Shown here piece by piece: positions 55,013 through 64,000 of a stretch of DNA of 64,000 nucleotides. The translations under genes were made by a program, and so were the position numbers. The DNA lies in contig OX337231.1 of NCBI GenBank assembly GCA_946965045.2, positions 868,001 to 932,000 of the forward strand, read 5' to 3'. The DNA is from Epithemia pelagica. Its lineage: Eukaryota > Protista > Bacillariophyta. Below the pieces are notes generated by a model. The model was not told the DNA's origin, did no database searches, and saw nothing but the letters and a program-made list of their open reading frames with translations. Position 1 is the stretch's first letter. Each line of letters starts with the position of its first letter.

Positions 55013-56444
55013 ATGGAGCTTCGCCAACAAACGTTGAATCCTTCTCATTGTTTGGCAACATCTGCTGCATCATCTGTATTCTTCCGAACCGTCCTTTTGC
55101 TGGTGTTCTCACAAACTTACCTGGTTCAAGGATTTCAATCTCTCAAGCTCACAAAAGCTCTTACAACCAAAACATCCTCCTCTCTTCTCCAGTCAACCGT
55201 CGAAATGGCTCCCTTGTTTGGTACGTCTTGACAATGACGACGGAGAACGGCGCCACTGTATTGCTTCTAATTTTCTCTCATGTTCTTCGGTCGTTGCTTC
55301 TAATTTTCCACCTCTTTCTCTCTCTTGGAACAACTCGAACGTTTGATTGCTGACGTCGACAGCGGACGAAACTCGTGCCAACGTGCAACAATACTATGGA
55401 ACGGAACTTCAAACGTCGGATGACCTCAAGACCAATGCTTGTTGCACAGCAGGCGCTCCGCCCAAGTATATTCAAGAATGCATCAGCAATCTTCACGATT
55501 CGACCGTTGCGAAGTACTACGGTTGTGGCTTGTGTTTGCCCTCGTACGATTTGACTGGTTGCTCCGTCTTGGATTTGGGCTGTGGTGCTGGTCGTGACGT
55601 CTACATTGCCTCCCAGTTGGTCGGTCCAACTGGAAGGGTTGTAGGTGTTGATATGACCGTGGAACAATTGGAAGCGGCGCGTGAACAAAAAGCTTACCAT
55701 GCCGAAAAGTTTGGCTTTGACAATACCGAATTCCATGAAGGATATTTGGAATCCTTGGCGGATCTCGAAGCCTTGGAGAAGGGAAGCTTTGATGTGATCA
55801 TTAGCAATTGCGTTATCAACCTTTGTACCGACAAACCAGCCGTCCTCAAAGCCTGTTATGATTTGCTCAAACCGGGTGGTGAAATGTACTTTTCCGATGT
55901 TTATGCCAACCAGCGAGTCTCGACCGTCTTGCAAAAGGATCCAACCTTGTGGGGCGAATGTTTGTCGGGTGCCTTGTATTGGAACGACTTTATGAACATG
56001 GCCAAACGAGCCGGCTTTTCCGACCCTCGTCTGGTGGAAGATGCCCCCATTACCATTCAAAATGCTGGTGTCAAAGATACCATCCAACGTGAGGGATTTG
56101 GATCGTTGGAATTCTATTCGGCGACCTACCGTCTCTTCAAAATGGAAGAATTGGAACCCGCATGTGAAGACTATGGCCAGGCCGTCATTTACAAGGGCAC
56201 CATTCCCCGTGCACAGTCCAAATGGCAGTTGGACAAGGGCCATGTCTTTGAAGCGGGCAAGGTACACACCGTTTGTGGTAATACTTGGTACATGCTGGAA
56301 AAGAATCCTCAATTGAAGCCACACTTTGAATTCATTGGGGACTTTTCTCGTCATTATGGAATTTTTGAAGGCTGTGGATCCAGTCTCCCCTACGATGCCA
56401 AGTCGGCCGACGGCACCAGCACCAAGGGATCCAATTGTTGTTAA
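55013..56444 (+). CDS. AS3MT: Arsenite S-adenosylmethionine methyltransferase with bipartite presequence (2 exons; intron 55221-55362)
   Basis: VQQYYG...LKTNACC, YYGCG, VLDLGCGAGRD, GVDMT, SNCVINL, LKPGGEMYFSDVY, LWGECLSGAL and a terminal CC. Exon 1 splices in phase (F G|CG GAC). Confidence 0.9.
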
Positions 56445-56971
56445 ACGAGAATAAAAATTCCTGGAAGAAATCATATTCCAAAACCGGTAGTATCAGTAGG
56501 GACCAAAGTTGATTAGTTATTCTGATGTACTTTCTGTAGATTGCTTCCACATACTTGTGAACCATTACACTTCGACTAATGACCAAGATATGCATCAATT
56601 TGCTGTTTATGTAAACGCGTCTTGTATGTAAGCAGTTCAAGTCATGCTTTTGTCGTTTGACATGTTCTCGTCTCTGTGTCTAGTACTACGGGCGATTTTG
56701 GTTTAGATGAATGTTCGATGAACTCGCATAGGTGCTCTCTCTATCAGAGGATGGGACCTGTGCAAAAAGTCATCTGATTCTGATGTGATACAAAGAGACC
56801 GTCTGTATTCCTCAGCTAGCACCACGATGCGGCATGCATGCCTACAAGCTCGTAGTTAAATATGGGAAGCAAATTACTATGAAGCAGCAGAAATGACTTG
56901 ATCCAAACATACAGAGAAAGGTAACGATCCCCCCAAAACTACAAGGTACATGAGACAGAACAACACTAGAT

Positions 56972-58738
56972 TCAGCAACAAAACAGTTTCAGCAAGGCCG
57001 AACAGCAATTCGTGTGCTTGCTCCGATCATCAATCGAGATCGGTGTATCGGACTTTTCGATGTCAATCGTGAGTTTGATTCGACCACTTTCCTTGCCATC
57101 TTTGAGCAATGGACGGTCCAATTCGACGGTTGCCGTTTGGGTTTTATGTTTGCCTTCAGTCATTTCTTGCGACACCAATTGTCGAAGATCGAGTGGTAGT
57201 GTGGCCATAAGGTCATCTTTGCTGTTCATATCATAATCCATGAGAGTGACGTACAAAAGTGCTTCAGGACCGACGGGTCCATTCAGATACAAATTGAGTT
57301 GCACGTCCTTGAAGACAGGGTTCAAGGTGTTGGGGATGAACTTGGTTTTGGGCCAATGTTTGTTGAGGGGACTGGTCCATCTCATGTTACCACGATGTTC
57401 CCGATCCGAGGCAATTTGTATATAGTCCCATGTGAGCATAATGTAAGGATCTGATTTGCCAATAAGATCCGTGTCGGGGAGATTGGTGCAGGACATGTTA
57501 CGGAACTTTAAATGGTAGGAACAGGTTGGTTTGGAATCCGCTGGTGTGGCCGCATCGTTGGGAGTAATCGAAAAGGCACCACGAATGGGTTTGTGATCCG
57601 AGGAAGTAAATTGTGGACAGGGTTCATAGGCCAGTGGTTTGAGAAAGCCTGGAGTGGCCGATCGATAGAGAATACGGTCCGTATAACTGGGAGTACGTTG
57701 TTGTTTGTAGGTGAATCCATCCTGTCGCAACACTTTAAAGGTGGGAGAAAAGTGACAGGGAAGTGTTTCAAAGCCAGACAACAAGTCTTTTCGTGCCAAA
57801 CCAGCTTCGAGTTCGTCATAACGGTACAATTCCTTAAAATTACCAGCTTCAATCAATGCCATGGCTCGTTCGACCGATGCCGACGTTTTCTTTTCCCCAT
57901 TGTTACCAAGGCTGGTGCTGCTCCCACCTCGGTCGGGAGATGATTGATGCGCCAATTGGCCAGGTGGAAATCGCGTTCGAAAGTTCAAATCACCCAACAA
58001 AAAGACATGATGACTACTCAAGGTGACATCGTATCGATCGTGTGTTTTGGCCCCTTGCAAAATTTCCACCACATTGTCACATCGAGCTGCATAGTAACTG
58101 TCTCCTTCGTGAGCCGCCAAATGGCACGAGACAAAGCTGAGGCGAGTCGTTTGACGATAGGTCAAACTCATGACGATACCACCTTTATTGGCCAACACAT
58201 GAGCTACGCCAGTATTTTCGCCCGTAATTTTCAAATCCGTCAGGTCGGCCGCCAGGGCATGTCGGCCCATGAGGACGAGACGCATTTGACCACGTTGCGT
58301 TTCGGCAATCAATTTGTATTCTTGACCCAAGGTACTGTCCAGTAACGCGGCCAATTTGGAAATGTCTTTTTTGGTTCGTTCTTGCAAGACTTGCGCATCT
58401 TGTGCATCTTGTGCATCCGTCGCGGCATCCTCTTCTTCGGCAATGTTGGAGTTGGACGCGTCGGCATAACCACTGGTTTCCGTTTCGTCCAGCATGGTAC
58501 TACTGGCCCTTTTGGCAAATCCAGCACTCCAGGTGGATTCTTGCATACCAATAGCGAGCAAATCAAACGAGTCCTTCTGTTCTAAGAGGGACGACGCCGA
58601 TGACAAGGGTGTCACAAGGTTGCACTTGCCCTTGGTAGGGATCCACGCAGCCATATCTTGCAGCGATGGTTCGGCATTCCCCAAATTCGCAGAGCATACC
58701 AAGATTGTCAATTCATGGTCGGATGTTTCGGCTGTCAT
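56972..58738 (-). CDS. Inositol polyphosphate 5-phosphatase with C-terminal C2 domain
   Basis: IGMQE, NKGG, FVSCHLAAH, GDLNFR, PTFK, RTPSYTDRIL, SDHKP; C2 domain DLIGKSDPY...KTKFIPNTLNPVF; ends LFCC. First ATG at 58738. Confidence 0.88.
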   Translation of the reverse strand: MTAETSDHELTILVCSANLGNAEPSLQDMAAWIPTKGKCNLVTPLSSASSLLEQKDSFDLLAIGMQESTWSAGFAKRASSTMLDETETSGYADASNSNIAEEEDAATDAQDAQDAQVLQERTKKDISKLAALLDSTLGQEYKLIAETQRGQMRLVLMGRHALAADLTDLKITGENTGVAHVLANKGGIVMSLTYRQTTRLSFVSCHLAAHEGDSYYAARCDNVVEILQGAKTHDRYDVTLSSHHVFLLGDLNFRTRFPPGQLAHQSSPDRGGSSTSLGNNGEKKTSASVERAMALIEAGNFKELYRYDELEAGLARKDLLSGFETLPCHFSPTFKVLRQDGFTYKQQRTPSYTDRILYRSATPGFLKPLAYEPCPQFTSSDHKPIRGAFSITPNDAATPADSKPTCSYHLKFRNMSCTNLPDTDLIGKSDPYIMLTWDYIQIASDREHRGNMRWTSPLNKHWPKTKFIPNTLNPVFKDVQLNLYLNGPVGPEALLYVTLMDYDMNSKDDLMATLPLDLRQLVSQEMTEGKHKTQTATVELDRPLLKDGKESGRIKLTIDIEKSDTPISIDDRSKHTNCCSALLKLFCC

Positions 58739-59135
58739 GATGATGGTTGTTCGTGTTGTCGTCACAGACCCAACGGAAGTTTCCGTGATCACACTCTCGG
58801 TCCTTGTTTTGGTGTTGTCGCGTTTCTCGCTTGCTCTTTCCAGTCGAAGATCTATCCCCCGGTCTCAAAGCAATTTCTATCTCCGAGAGAAGTCGTCGCC
58901 AAAGAAGAATGAAGGTCACGTTTCGTGGGATGACGTGGCACGAGTTAAATGCTCGGTCAAGCAAGAGCAAGCACCAACGGGCATGCGTGGTCCTGGAGAG
59001 ACGCGCGTGCAGAGACACCATAAAAATATTATTGACTGTGAGTTCTTCATTACTTAGGCAAAAGGCTCGTGCTCTAATTTTTTTTGTCCAAGTAGATCTA
59101 TCGCTCTTCTCGAATCATTTTAAGGTGATAACGCT

Positions 59136-59242
59136 TTGCCTATGTCAGTTGATATGCGCGACTTTTGTTGCCTGATATGCGCGAAAGTTTTTGCCTATGT
59201 CAGTTCATACGCGCGAAAGTTTTTGCCTATGTCAGTTGATAC
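59136..59242. repeat. 32-bp tandem repeat (about 3.5 copies) containing GCGCGAAA
   Basis: TTGCC starts at 59136, 59168, 59191 and 59223. The unit is TTGCCTATGTCAGTT[G/C]ATA[T/C]GCGCGAAAGTT, with the second copy internally deleted. Confidence 0.85.
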
Positions 59243-59462
59243 TGCCTCTCCGTGTAAATTGTCCCACACAGGAGACCTGCCCTCTAGCCTGGTATACGCT
59301 ATTTGCACATGATAGCTTGTCGCTGTTTGTTACTACTTGCTGCTCATTGATTTTGATTGTTGGTTGTAATGAAAGATCAAACACTTTAATCAACCCGCTC
59401 CCAAGCATTATTCACTTTGTAGACAATATCAAGAACAGTCATAACAACAAAATTAAAAAAGC

Positions 59463-60431
59463 ATGGGTGAGGCTTACTTACGGTGGTCGAATGCAGACCG
59501 TGCCGTTCTCAAGCTGATGGAAAATGATGATACGCTAGCTTTGAATAAGCCGTATAATGTAGAGTCGTCGTTGCCTGATGGCTTGAAACTTTTCGATGAG
59601 TCGAATCATCCTATAGAAGGTGCTTCCTTCATCGACATCAAGCAAAGTGACTCTATTGAGTACAATGGAACCCTGTATCGTTTCAATTCCCCTATAGAAG
59701 ATCGACCGAACCTACAAGGTAGGTTGGAAGAACGCAAAAGGAAAAGCCACGTTCTGAAATTGCTGGAGACCGCACAAGACGCCTTTTCGGAAAGCGGAAC
59801 AAGAAAATCCGACCGATTGATAAAAGTAAAAGCCCACGACAACGGCTCCAAGACTTGCTTCCTCTGTGCATCGCAAGACAAGGTTGAAGCGTCCCACGTG
59901 TTCCAGAAATCAGACGTGTCGTTCAGGCAGGGTCAAGAGTTGGCTTACAATACACTGGAGACCCTAAGAGACTGGAGGGACGGCCACAAATGGAGGCGTC
60001 CTTTTGAGATGCACGGATCTATGAATCTAATCTGGCTCTGCCATACTCATAACCTCCAGTTCGACGCGCACAAGTTTTGCCTCAAAATTGATCTGCAAAA
60101 TCGCGCTCTTTTCCATGCCTTCGACAACTCATTTGACGGCCTCGTGGACCAAGCCAATATTCGGCTGCTAGATCCCACTGATGACTACTATGATATGGCC
60201 TATGTTTCAAGGCGGGCTATTGGCATGCGTATTCTGCAGTCACAGGAACGCAGTGGGCGGTATATCGACCATGACAACCTAGATTCATGGAAAGCAATTG
60301 TGGCGCTGAGCAGTGCCGCCTCTGTTGCTGCGCGATCAAACGACGAGACCGAGGAATCTGTTGTCAGTACGGGACAAAGCTCACAGGATTTGGACGGGTT
60401 TGATGGGGCTGCTGCCGAAACGGCTTCATGA
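59463..60431 (+). CDS. HNH endonuclease-domain protein (HNH_2 / Crinkler-like)
   Basis: CFLC...VEASHV...NLIWLCHTHNLQFD fits the CxxC..EAAHI..NxxxLCxxHxxFD pattern. Intronless 322-aa ORF. Confidence 0.72.
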   Translation: MGEAYLRWSNADRAVLKLMENDDTLALNKPYNVESSLPDGLKLFDESNHPIEGASFIDIKQSDSIEYNGTLYRFNSPIEDRPNLQGRLEERKRKSHVLKLLETAQDAFSESGTRKSDRLIKVKAHDNGSKTCFLCASQDKVEASHVFQKSDVSFRQGQELAYNTLETLRDWRDGHKWRRPFEMHGSMNLIWLCHTHNLQFDAHKFCLKIDLQNRALFHAFDNSFDGLVDQANIRLLDPTDDYYDMAYVSRRAIGMRILQSQERSGRYIDHDNLDSWKAIVALSSAASVAARSNDETEESVVSTGQSSQDLDGFDGAAAETAS

Positions 60432-61373
60432 CATTGTAGAGCAATCTTCAAGGTCTGGTAGATACCATTATCATGCTGGAAGGCTTGAAAGACTTTGACG
60501 TGAATGAAAAGTTTTTGAAGCAGAAACATGCATGTACGAACCTCGCCGCTCTAACTCTAACCTTATGTGATTCATTATTCCCCTCTATTCCCCTATTGTA
60601 TTCCCGCTGACCTTTCCCGTCTATTCAACTAGAGGAAGAACTCATATGGCTTGAATAATTCATCCCAATGGTGGTATCCTGCGGCGGCATACTCTTCCGA
60701 ATGAAACGCGTCAATTACTAAAGAGTGGAAAGCGGATACATACAGTCAGTGCCATTCCTCCTACGGACCAAAGAGGGAGCCATAGCAGACAATGAAAGAG
60801 AGAATGGAGCTTGACCTAGCTGTCCAAACTGTAGCTTCTCGAATGCTAACAATTTATGCCGGACCGGAGGCTCTTCGAGGAGAGGTCGTTGTCTGGATTG
60901 GAAGGGTCGATGTTCACTTTCCCATGTTCAACATGACTGCTCACACCATCAACTCCTCTCTCTACCAGCAAAGGAGAACAGGGGAAACCCTGATCCATTG
61001 CATAGTACTTGAAATCTATATATATGTATTCAGCTGAATTGGAACTTTGATTTTTATTAGTTTCTCCTGTTGGTCGGAACTTTTTGTTCCTAATGCTCCC
61101 AGTTGTTTTTCTCCTTTCTCATTCACTAAATTCGTACATCTTCACTCGGAACTTGTTGGAAACTTACGTTGCAAGCCAAGTAAAGCCCACAGACAACGTT
61201 CTCGTCCATGTTTGCCAGACTGAGAGATTCGAAGACAGCTTCTTGAAAATCAGATGCTGGAAAGAAGGAGGAAGAACGAACTTTCCTCTCCACGGTAGAA
61301 AATCGAACCTAAGGAGAATTGCAGATTCCCAGGCCTTCTTCCAGTCACTGCATATCCTTGCCGGTTGTATCTA

Positions 61374-63662
61374 TCAAGGCACAAGTCCGTTGCGCATCGT
61401 TTGTCCGTCGCGAATGAGAGCATTGGCAAAGGCTTCTGCTTCTTCCATGGCCAAATTGCCCGCTGCCATTCGCGCCAGTTCTTGTGTCCGTTCGGAGGCG
61501 AAAAGACTCTTGACACGAACCCGGGTGTTGTTGCCGTCGACGGCCGAAAGGACCTTTTGTACCACCAGGTGATGGTCCGCCACTGCTGCCACGGCCGGAT
61601 TGTGTGTAATGGCCAAGACTTGTTGTGGATGGTTGGTGTTGTGAGCTTGTTCCAAAAGCATCTTGGCAACCGCCGTCGCTGCATATCCACCCACATGAGC
61701 GTCAATTTCATCGTAGAGAACCAGGACTGGGTGAGGATTCGGAACAATGGCGTGTGTTCCTTCCCCACCACTCTTCATACAAACCAAAGCGACGGATCCA
61801 GGAATGGAGGACTCAATCGCCAAGAGGATGCGGGCCTTTTCGCCCGAACTTGCCACACTGTGTACGTGATTCTTGGTGTCATGCGGAGAGGTTTGGGACG
61901 GGTCCGACTTGAGAAAGTGCACATCGTCCGCCCCAAGGGAGACAAGCTTTTCGGGTGAGGCATCCAGTCGACTGGAATCGATTTGGACGTCAAAGGTAGG
62001 GTCCATACCAAGATTTGGTAGTCGTTGATTCACGGAACTAGTGAGTTTGTCTGCGATGAGTTGACGTTGCTGAGACAGATCCCTACAAGCAGCAACATAG
62101 TCGTTAAATGCTGCTGCTTCCTTGGAAACAAGCTTGTCCAATAAATCAAGGGCTTCGTCGCATCCACTTTGCTCCGCCATCAAAGCCTGGTGACAGGAAG
62201 GTAGTGTAGAAGCCGCTACACCGTGCTTTCTCGCTAAGCTGGCCCATTCGAGCAGAATTCCATCCACCATTTCCATACTGACTGGGCAAACGGATAGCTC
62301 CGCCTCCGAACTCTGAATGAGTCCACCTTCCAGGTTTTGAGCACATCGTTTGGTTGCCTCCTCCACACTGTTGAGCAAATCATGACACTGCTCTGCCGCA
62401 TCCAAAATAGTTGTATCTTCTCCAGCGTCCGATGACTCACAAGCCTCGTTGATGAAGGACCGGGATCGTTCAATAGCTGTGAGCACTGATTCTTGGGATG
62501 ACAGCATTGTGAGTGTGTTCAATGCGTTGTGGGCCGAAACAAGTTTGTGTTCCAAGGAGCGGACGGCATCTCTCAAATTTGTGAGAAGTTTATACACGGT
62601 CGATTCAAAACCATTTTTCTGTAAAGATGCATTGTCCATCCAATCGGATCCAGCAAGTTGATTGCAAATGGCCAAAATTCCCGATTTCTTGCTTTCTAAT
62701 CCATCCAACGATTGGCATAGATTCACAACTCGTTCTTGGAATGTATCCAATTCATCAATCCAATGTGAAAGAAGTTTGGCATCTTCTTCGTTCTCAATCG
62801 AAAATCCCTTTGGGAGGGAACGATTGTCCAAGGAAGCCTGGACCTTCTCGCGCTCTTTTCGAAGGCTGCAGTACGCTTGCTTCTTCTTGATCACATCTCT
62901 ACGTACCACTTCGGGAATGGCGGTATCCAGTATGGAAATGCGAGCATCTAGTTTGGCGAGAGCGTTGGCAGCCTTGGTGCCATCGACAATGGCCACAAGG
63001 GATTGAACGACCGATGCGAGTAGTTGCAAGGTGACCACATGTCCGTTGATTTCACACTTTGATTTGAGACGTAGTTTTCCCGGCGTAGCAGCCTCTTGCA
63101 ATGTTATAGTACGTCTGCAGTGCAATCTCTGGTGTGGTTGCGCCATTTCGGAATCTTCTAGAAGGGACATTTGGTTGGATTTGCAAATGTCCCGTATCAT
63201 GGAGCAATGCGGCTCCTCGAGAAAAAATTCCATTTCGGAAACGATTCCTTTCTTTCCGTGATCTCGACCCAACACTTTGGATGCCTTGCCTCCGCAAAGC
63301 AATTCAATAGCCTTGGCCAACAAGAGTGATTTCCCCGAGCCTGTTTCACCCGTACAAGCGACAAAGGACGACGCACCAGAGCTGGGAAAGTCAATGCGAA
63401 TATCTTGGTTTCCATCGACGCCTGTCACACCCCCCAGATTTCTCGAACTGACCCAGACTACTCGACTCGTTGGGCGGGTGGTCCGTGGTTGAGCATTGAC
63501 AGAAAAGGGAACCACACCCTGGTCCTGGGGCGTGTCATCTTCCGAGAAGAATCGACGCAGCTGTGACCGTTTCGCTCCACCAAACTCGGGTGCCAACGAG
63601 AACCCATGAGCCACCATCCGAAAGAGATACCATACTGTCAGGAAAAGGATGTGTCGTTGCAT
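61374..63662 (-). CDS. recN: DNA repair protein RecN-like SMC ATPase with plastid-type presequence
   Basis: Walker A TGETGSGKSLL..AI.LL.GGKA, signature ASSGEKARILLA, Walker B/D-loop YDEIDAHVGG, QVLAITH.PAVAAVADHHLVVQK, RTQELARM. N-terminus ...MVAHG|F. Confidence 0.88.
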   Translation of the reverse strand: MQRHILFLTVWYLFRMVAHGFSLAPEFGGAKRSQLRRFFSEDDTPQDQGVVPFSVNAQPRTTRPTSRVVWVSSRNLGGVTGVDGNQDIRIDFPSSGASSFVACTGETGSGKSLLLAKAIELLCGGKASKVLGRDHGKKGIVSEMEFFLEEPHCSMIRDICKSNQMSLLEDSEMAQPHQRLHCRRTITLQEAATPGKLRLKSKCEINGHVVTLQLLASVVQSLVAIVDGTKAANALAKLDARISILDTAIPEVVRRDVIKKKQAYCSLRKEREKVQASLDNRSLPKGFSIENEEDAKLLSHWIDELDTFQERVVNLCQSLDGLESKKSGILAICNQLAGSDWMDNASLQKNGFESTVYKLLTNLRDAVRSLEHKLVSAHNALNTLTMLSSQESVLTAIERSRSFINEACESSDAGEDTTILDAAEQCHDLLNSVEEATKRCAQNLEGGLIQSSEAELSVCPVSMEMVDGILLEWASLARKHGVAASTLPSCHQALMAEQSGCDEALDLLDKLVSKEAAAFNDYVAACRDLSQQRQLIADKLTSSVNQRLPNLGMDPTFDVQIDSSRLDASPEKLVSLGADDVHFLKSDPSQTSPHDTKNHVHSVASSGEKARILLAIESSIPGSVALVCMKSGGEGTHAIVPNPHPVLVLYDEIDAHVGGYAATAVAKMLLEQAHNTNHPQQVLAITHNPAVAAVADHHLVVQKVLSAVDGNNTRVRVKSLFASERTQELARMAAGNLAMEEAEAFANALIRDGQTMRNGLVP

Positions 63663-64000
63663 GATTGTATTAATGGTTCAACGGTGCTGTTACATCGTCC
63701 CCAAAAGAATCCTTTCGCTCCGGCTGGTATCTTCGGGTGGTCTTGTTTCGTCGTTTGGTCGTGGTCGCGGATGTCGTCGCCGAGTCCGCGTTCCCAAAAG
63801 GGCGTGCACGCGCGAGCCTATATGTGGAGCGTTGGGTGGCGCGTGCACGCGGAACAGCGACTCTTCGGCTGGGGAGGGTTAAATCCAGGCTTCGCTGCAC
63901 CGCGGACTGCACCGCGACATGCAGACCATGTGCAAAAGTGAATATCGTCAAATCACTCAACTCCTCTGGTGTTGTCTGTCGTTTGTAATTTGTGTTGGTT

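Noticed and set aside
55278-56474. 398-aa minus-strand ORF, and similar long ORFs at 5970-6731, 34576-35340, 14707-15387 and 61365-61958
   Set aside because: Each lies antisense to a better-supported gene (well identified except for the 5958-6626 orphan) and shows no recognisable motifs; treated as shadow ORFs.
56700-56790. Possible C/D-box snoRNA (ATGA...CTGA motifs) between convergent genes
   Set aside because: No canonical RUGAUGA box C and no terminal stem.
60792-61037. 81-aa ORF between the HNH gene and recN
   Set aside because: Short, no motif, no supporting splice or targeting signals.
879-63662. Apparent concentration of plastid-targeted genes (P4H-like, dapL, VDE, ZEP3, psbU, AS3MT, recN)
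   Set aside because: About 7 of 27 genes, interspersed with unrelated ones. Apart from the VDE-ZEP3 pair I cannot show this exceeds the genome background.

Overview
Gene-dense eukaryotic nuclear DNA, most likely from a pennate diatom. This is inferred from the short GT-AG introns, bipartite signal+F plastid presequences, DUF6824, head-to-head VDE/ZEP3, nuclear psbU and a bacterial-type aconitase B. About 27 protein-coding loci are supportable, and I rebuilt several spliced models by hand (dapL, ZEP3, psbU, MCM6, sugar transporter, arsenite methyltransferase, and a RING/GAF gene whose first exon is not joined in the ORF track). Most notable: (1) a 1018-aa protein whose N-terminal half resembles NELF-B/COBRA1 and is fused to a bromodomain; (2) a RING + stramenopile Myb-like + NLP-type GAF protein; (3) a 2.4-kb A-B-A-B-A repeat with TG...CA units and facing decamer arrays; (4) a clean 295-bp hAT-type MITE with 12-bp TIRs and an 8-bp TSD; (5) apparently plastid-targeted RecN and arsenite methyltransferase; (6) a Crinkler-like HNH nuclease behind a 32-bp tandem repeat; (7) a frameshifted SDR; (8) a recurrent intergenic TACTCCTA/TAGGAGTA motif. 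All family assignments come from motif recognition by eye; no database searches were run. No rRNA, tRNA or CRISPR array was seen.
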